A DNA stretch of 64,000 nt from the NCBI GenBank assembly GCA_965227775.1, contig OZ245777.1, positions 832,001 to 896,000 of the forward strand, in the 5' to 3' direction. Positions within the stretch are counted from its first letter, which is position 1, and every line of letters starts with the position of its first letter. Below, one piece after another: positions 59,984 through 64,000 of this stretch. The notes below the pieces were generated by a model that saw only the letters and a program-made list of their open reading frames with translations, was not told the origin of the DNA and searched no databases. A program made the position numbers and the translations under genes. This DNA comes from Phycisphaerales bacterium. GTDB taxonomy: Bacteria; Planctomycetota; Phycisphaerae; Phycisphaerales; UBA1924.

Positions 59984-62900
59984 ATGGCACTTTCAGATAC
60001 CAAACAAGACGAGGGCGCGACGCTTGCCGACCAGCTACTCGGCCAGCTCGGCACGGGCTTCGCCCATCTCCATCTGCATACCGAGTACTCGCTGCTGGAT
60101 GGCGGCAACCGCATCGATCGCCTGGCCGACCGGATCAAGGACCTTGGCACGCCTGCGGTTGCCGTGTCGGACCACGGCAACATGTTCGGTGCCGTGGCCT
60201 TTTACGAGGCCTGCCGCAAGCGCGGTATCCGGCCGATCCTGGGCGTCGAGGCGTACGTGTGCCCGCCGGGCCGGCCGCGTCAGGACCGGACCTATACGGG
60301 CGTGAGCGACGGCGGGTACCACCTCGTGCTGCTGGCCGAGAACATCACGGGCTGGGACAACCTGATGCTGCTCTGCAGCCAGGCGTACCTGACGGGCTTC
60401 TACTTCAAGCCGCGCATCGATCGCGATCTGCTCGAGGCGCACAGCAGCGGCCTCATCGCCATCAACGGACACCTGGGCAGCGAGCTTGGCGACCATCTCC
60501 TCGCATTCGTGCGCAACAAGAGCGAAACCTCGTGGGAGGCCGCCGAAGAGAGCATCGAGTGGCACAAGCGAGTGTTCGCGGACGAAGGCACGGGTCCGCG
60601 GTTCTACTGCGAGATGCAGCACCACGTGCCCGAGCAGGTCTCGATCAACCCGCATGTGATCGAATTGGCCAAGAAGCACGGCGTGCCACTCGTCTGCGAC
60701 AACGATTCGCACTTCCTGCGCGCCGAGGACCATGACGCGCACGACACGCTCATCTGCATCTCGATGGGCAAAAACAAGCACGATCAGGAGCGACTGCGCT
60801 ACACGCCCGAGCTCTACGTCAAGACGCCCGAGCAGATGCGCGAGCTGTTCGAGGGTGAGTACGGCCAAGACGGCGTCGAGGCGTGCGACAACACGCTTCG
60901 CATCGCGGCGCGGTGTGATGTCGAGCTGCCGATCGGTGCGAATCACGCGCCCGTTGTTGTCGTCCGCACACCCGACGAACTGCCCGACAGCCAGGACGCC
61001 GGTTACAACGGCGACCTCACCGCTTGGTACAAGGACTACTGCTCCCGCTTCGAGCTCGAGCCGGCGGCCGACGCGGGGCTCGATCACGATGAGCTGAACG
61101 CGCAGTGCGATGAAGCTCTGCGTTCGTTGGCCGAGGGCGGCATGGTGTGGCGCTACGGGCCGCAGATTATGGCCCACAAGCACAAGTACGCTGAGGGCCA
61201 GCCGAAGACTGAGGCAGCGCGCGCGAAAGCGAAGGACACGGACGGCTTCGACAAGTGGGCGCGGCTGAATCGCGAGCTGAAAATCCTGGCCGACAAGAGC
61301 ATCAGCGCGTACTTCCTGATCGTGTGGGACTTCGTGAACTGGGGCCGCGCGAAGGGCATCCCGGCACTCGCGCGTGGCTCGGGTGTGGGCACCATGGTGG
61401 GCTACGTGCTGGGCTTGTCCAACGCCTGCCCTGTGAAGTACGGCCTGCTTTTCGAGCGATTCACCGATCCGGATCGCAGCGAGTATCCCGACATCGATAT
61501 CGACCTGTGCCAGGACGGGCGCGGGGACGTTATTCGCTATGTGCGTGAGAAGTACGGGCACGTCGCGCAGATCATCACATTCGGAACGCTCAAGGCGCGA
61601 GCGGCGGTGCGCGACGTGGCGCGCGTGCTCGCGGTGAGCCTGCCAGCGGCGGATCGGCTTGCCAAGGCCATCCCCGATCAGCTCGGCATGACGCTGGACA
61701 AGGCCGAGGCGGAGGATCCCGAGTGGGCCGACATCGCCGCCGGCAAGCCCGCGGCGCTGGCGAAGATCAACGACAAGCTGCCGCCCGAGCAGCACGCCGA
61801 CAAGGAGACCATCCAACGCCTCATCGCAAACGCGAAGGTGATGGAGGGCCAGGCCCGCCACGCCAGCGTGCACGCGGCGGGCGTGATCGTCGCGACGCGG
61901 CCGCTGCACGAGCTCGTGCCGCTTTACAAACAGAGCGGCGGCGGCGAGGACGAGGCCATCACGCAGTGGGACGGCCCAACGTGCGAGAAGATGGGCCTGC
62001 TGAAGATGGACTTTCTCGGCCTGCGCACGCTGAGTGTCATCGAGCGCGCACGTGCGCTCATCACCAGCGCGATGGACGATGAGGCGATCTACAGGGCTGT
62101 CGGGCGCGAAAAGGGAGACGGTGGGCCGCACCCGCTCGATCTCGATCGCCTGACGTACGACAACCCGACCGTGTTCGAGATGTTCTCACGCGGCGACACG
62201 ACCGGCGTGTTCCAGTTCGAATCGGGCGGCATGCGCCGCTTGCTCATGGAGATGAAGCCCGACCGGCTCGAGGACCTCATCGCCGCCAACGCGCTCTTCA
62301 GGCCCGGGCCGATGGACCTGATCCCCGCGTACAACAAGCGCAAGCACGGCATGGAGCCCGTGCCGACGGTGCACGAGATCGTCGACCGTTTCACGGCCGA
62401 GACGTACGGCGTGATGGTGTACCAGGAACAGGTCATGCAGATCGTCCACGAGCTGGGCGGCATCCCCTTGCGCGCCGCGTACTCGCTCATCAAGGCGATC
62501 AGCAAGAAGAAGGCCAAGATCATCAACGCCGAGCGACCCAAGTTCGTCGACGGCGCGGCCAAGCAGGGCCTGACGCGCGAGAAGGCCGAGGAACTGTTCG
62601 AGCTCATCCTGAAGTTTGCCGGGTACGGCTTCAACAAGAGCCACTCGACCGGATACGCGATCGTGGCATACCAGACGGCGTACCTGAAGACATACTTCCC
62701 GGCGCCGTACATGGCGGCGTTCCTGAGCTTCGAGAGCCAGGCACAGAAGGTCGCCGACTGGCTTCCGTACCTCGAGGATTGCAAGCGCACGCGCGTGATC
62801 GACCCCAAGACGGGCGAGGTGCTGCGCACGGGCATCGAGGTCGCCCCGCCCGACGTGAACCTATCGGGCCAGGACTTCGAGGTCGTGTATCGCGACGACG

Positions 62901-64000
62901 AACCACACGACGCCCAGCACGGCCACATTCGGTTTGGCATGAAGGCCATCAAGGGTGCGGGCGGGGGCGCGATCGAGGCAATCGTGAACGCGCGCAAGAG
63001 CGAGGACGGGCTCGAGCCGTTCCGCGATCTCTTCGACTTCTGCGAGCGCATCCCGCTGCGCAGCGTAAACAAGGCGACGATCGAGAGCCTGGTGAAGGCC
63101 GGAGCCTTCGACAACGTGCACTCGCGCGAGCAGCGGGCGGGGATGGTTGCCTCGATCGAGAGCGCAGTAAGCGCAGGTCAGAGCGCCGCGGCCGATCGCG
63201 CGGCGGGCCAGGGAGGCCTGTTCGGTGGCGCTGCTGCGGCGGAGGAAGCGCCCTCGCCTGCGCTGGTGAACGTCGAGCCCTGGGGCGAGCAGGAGACGCT
63301 CAAGAACGAGAAGGAGACGCTGGGCTTCTACGTCTCGAGCCACCCGCTCGAGCAGTGGGGCCCATGGATCCGTGCTTTCGCAAGCCACGAGCTGGGCCAG
63401 CTTGCAGGGGTCGAGCAGGGTCGCCGCGTGATCGCCGGTGTTATGGTGCAGAGCACGCGCGTGATCGTTGCGCGCAGTGGCCGCAGCGCGGGTCAGAAGA
63501 TGGGCATCCTCACGATCGAGGACACCACGGGAACGGCTGATGCCGTGCTGTTTACTGATGCGTACCAGCGGTACGCGCACCTGCTCGAGGACGACTCGCC
63601 CAAGTTCGTGCTGGGTCGGCTCGATCGCTCGCGCGGTGATGCGCAGATCATTGTTGAGCAGATGACGCCCATCGAAGCCGTGCCGCTCGAGGGCGGCAAG
63701 ATGCGTCTGTACGTGCGCGATAGCCGGCTGAATGGCAATGGGCCGACCGCGCTCGAGCGGGTGCACGAGCTGGCCCGTGAGCACGACGCATCAAAGAAGA
63801 ACGGCGCGCCCGTGGACGCGCCGTCCTCTCCCCTCGAGGTGGTCGTGTGCATCGGTGGGCACGAGCCCGTCGCCGTGCCGTCGACCAACCCCGCCCGCGT
63901 GCGGCTCGAGCCTGCCTTCATCTCGGGTGTCGAAGGCGTGCTCGGGCCGATGTCCGCGAGGCTCTTCGAGGGCGTTGCCGTCGAGATGCTCGATAAGCGT
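59984..64000 (+). CDS. dnaE: DNA polymerase III alpha subunit (3' truncated by window; absent from ORF track because no stop lies in the window)
   Basis: Manual translation: GGAGG RBS, HLHLHTEYSLLDG, SDHGNMFG, ARGSG, PDIDID, GLLKMDFLGL, GVFQFES, YGFNKSH, LGFYVSSHP. Confidence 0.96.
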   Translation, partial: MALSDTKQDEGATLADQLLGQLGTGFAHLHLHTEYSLLDGGNRIDRLADRIKDLGTPAVAVSDHGNMFGAVAFYEACRKRGIRPILGVEAYVCPPGRPRQDRTYTGVSDGGYHLVLLAENITGWDNLMLLCSQAYLTGFYFKPRIDRDLLEAHSSGLIAINGHLGSELGDHLLAFVRNKSETSWEAAEESIEWHKRVFADEGTGPRFYCEMQHHVPEQVSINPHVIELAKKHGVPLVCDNDSHFLRAEDHDAHDTLICISMGKNKHDQERLRYTPELYVKTPEQMRELFEGEYGQDGVEACDNTLRIAARCDVELPIGANHAPVVVVRTPDELPDSQDAGYNGDLTAWYKDYCSRFELEPAADAGLDHDELNAQCDEALRSLAEGGMVWRYGPQIMAHKHKYAEGQPKTEAARAKAKDTDGFDKWARLNRELKILADKSISAYFLIVWDFVNWGRAKGIPALARGSGVGTMVGYVLGLSNACPVKYGLLFERFTDPDRSEYPDIDIDLCQDGRGDVIRYVREKYGHVAQIITFGTLKARAAVRDVARVLAVSLPAADRLAKAIPDQLGMTLDKAEAEDPEWADIAAGKPAALAKINDKLPPEQHADKETIQRLIANAKVMEGQARHASVHAAGVIVATRPLHELVPLYKQSGGGEDEAITQWDGPTCEKMGLLKMDFLGLRTLSVIERARALITSAMDDEAIYRAVGREKGDGGPHPLDLDRLTYDNPTVFEMFSRGDTTGVFQFESGGMRRLLMEMKPDRLEDLIAANALFRPGPMDLIPAYNKRKHGMEPVPTVHEIVDRFTAETYGVMVYQEQVMQIVHELGGIPLRAAYSLIKAISKKKAKIINAERPKFVDGAAKQGLTREKAEELFELILKFAGYGFNKSHSTGYAIVAYQTAYLKTYFPAPYMAAFLSFESQAQKVADWLPYLEDCKRTRVIDPKTGEVLRTGIEVAPPDVNLSGQDFEVVYRDDEPHDAQHGHIRFGMKAIKGAGGGAIEAIVNARKSEDGLEPFRDLFDFCERIPLRSVNKATIESLVKAGAFDNVHSREQRAGMVASIESAVSAGQSAAADRAAGQGGLFGGAAAAEEAPSPALVNVEPWGEQETLKNEKETLGFYVSSHPLEQWGPWIRAFASHELGQLAGVEQGRRVIAGVMVQSTRVIVARSGRSAGQKMGILTIEDTTGTADAVLFTDAYQRYAHLLEDDSPKFVLGRLDRSRGDAQIIVEQMTPIEAVPLEGGKMRLYVRDSRLNGNGPTALERVHELAREHDASKKNGAPVDAPSSPLEVVVCIGGHEPVAVPSTNPARVRLEPAFISGVEGVLGPMSARLFEGVAVEMLDKR

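Noticed and set aside
60035..62131. 698-aa minus-strand ORF and other ORFs at 60-64 kb
   Set aside because: Shadows of dnaE, which occupies the plus strand from 59984

Overview
High-GC bacterial chromosome segment, most likely a planctomycete of the class Phycisphaerae. This is inferred from C-terminal 'DFLAFQNxFxAGC' dockerin-like tails, DUF1559-type prepilins, VPLP-CTERM proteins and skp-lpxD-lpxC. Most genes are housekeeping: typA, rplU, pyk, pyrB, ubiX, dnaN, speA, thiL, tsaE, mgtE, mutM, gatA, dapA, lpxC/lpxD, and a dnaE that runs off the window and is missing from the ORF track. These are mixed with secreted and surface proteins. I saw no rRNA, tRNA, CRISPR array, transposase or prophage. 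The most notable observations are: (1) a candidate oriC at ~39.1-39.4 kb beside a membrane-anchored HTH protein; (2) three tandem VPLP-CTERM proteins with thioester-domain-like motifs; (3) a TsaE-YacG fusion lacking three of the four zinc cysteines; (4) a candidate sRNA with a CU-rich anti-SD segment; (5) an uncalled 31-aa ORF; (6) a Fic gene with a palindromic operator; (7) a recurrent leaderless-promoter signature. All calls come from reading motifs by eye; no searches were run.
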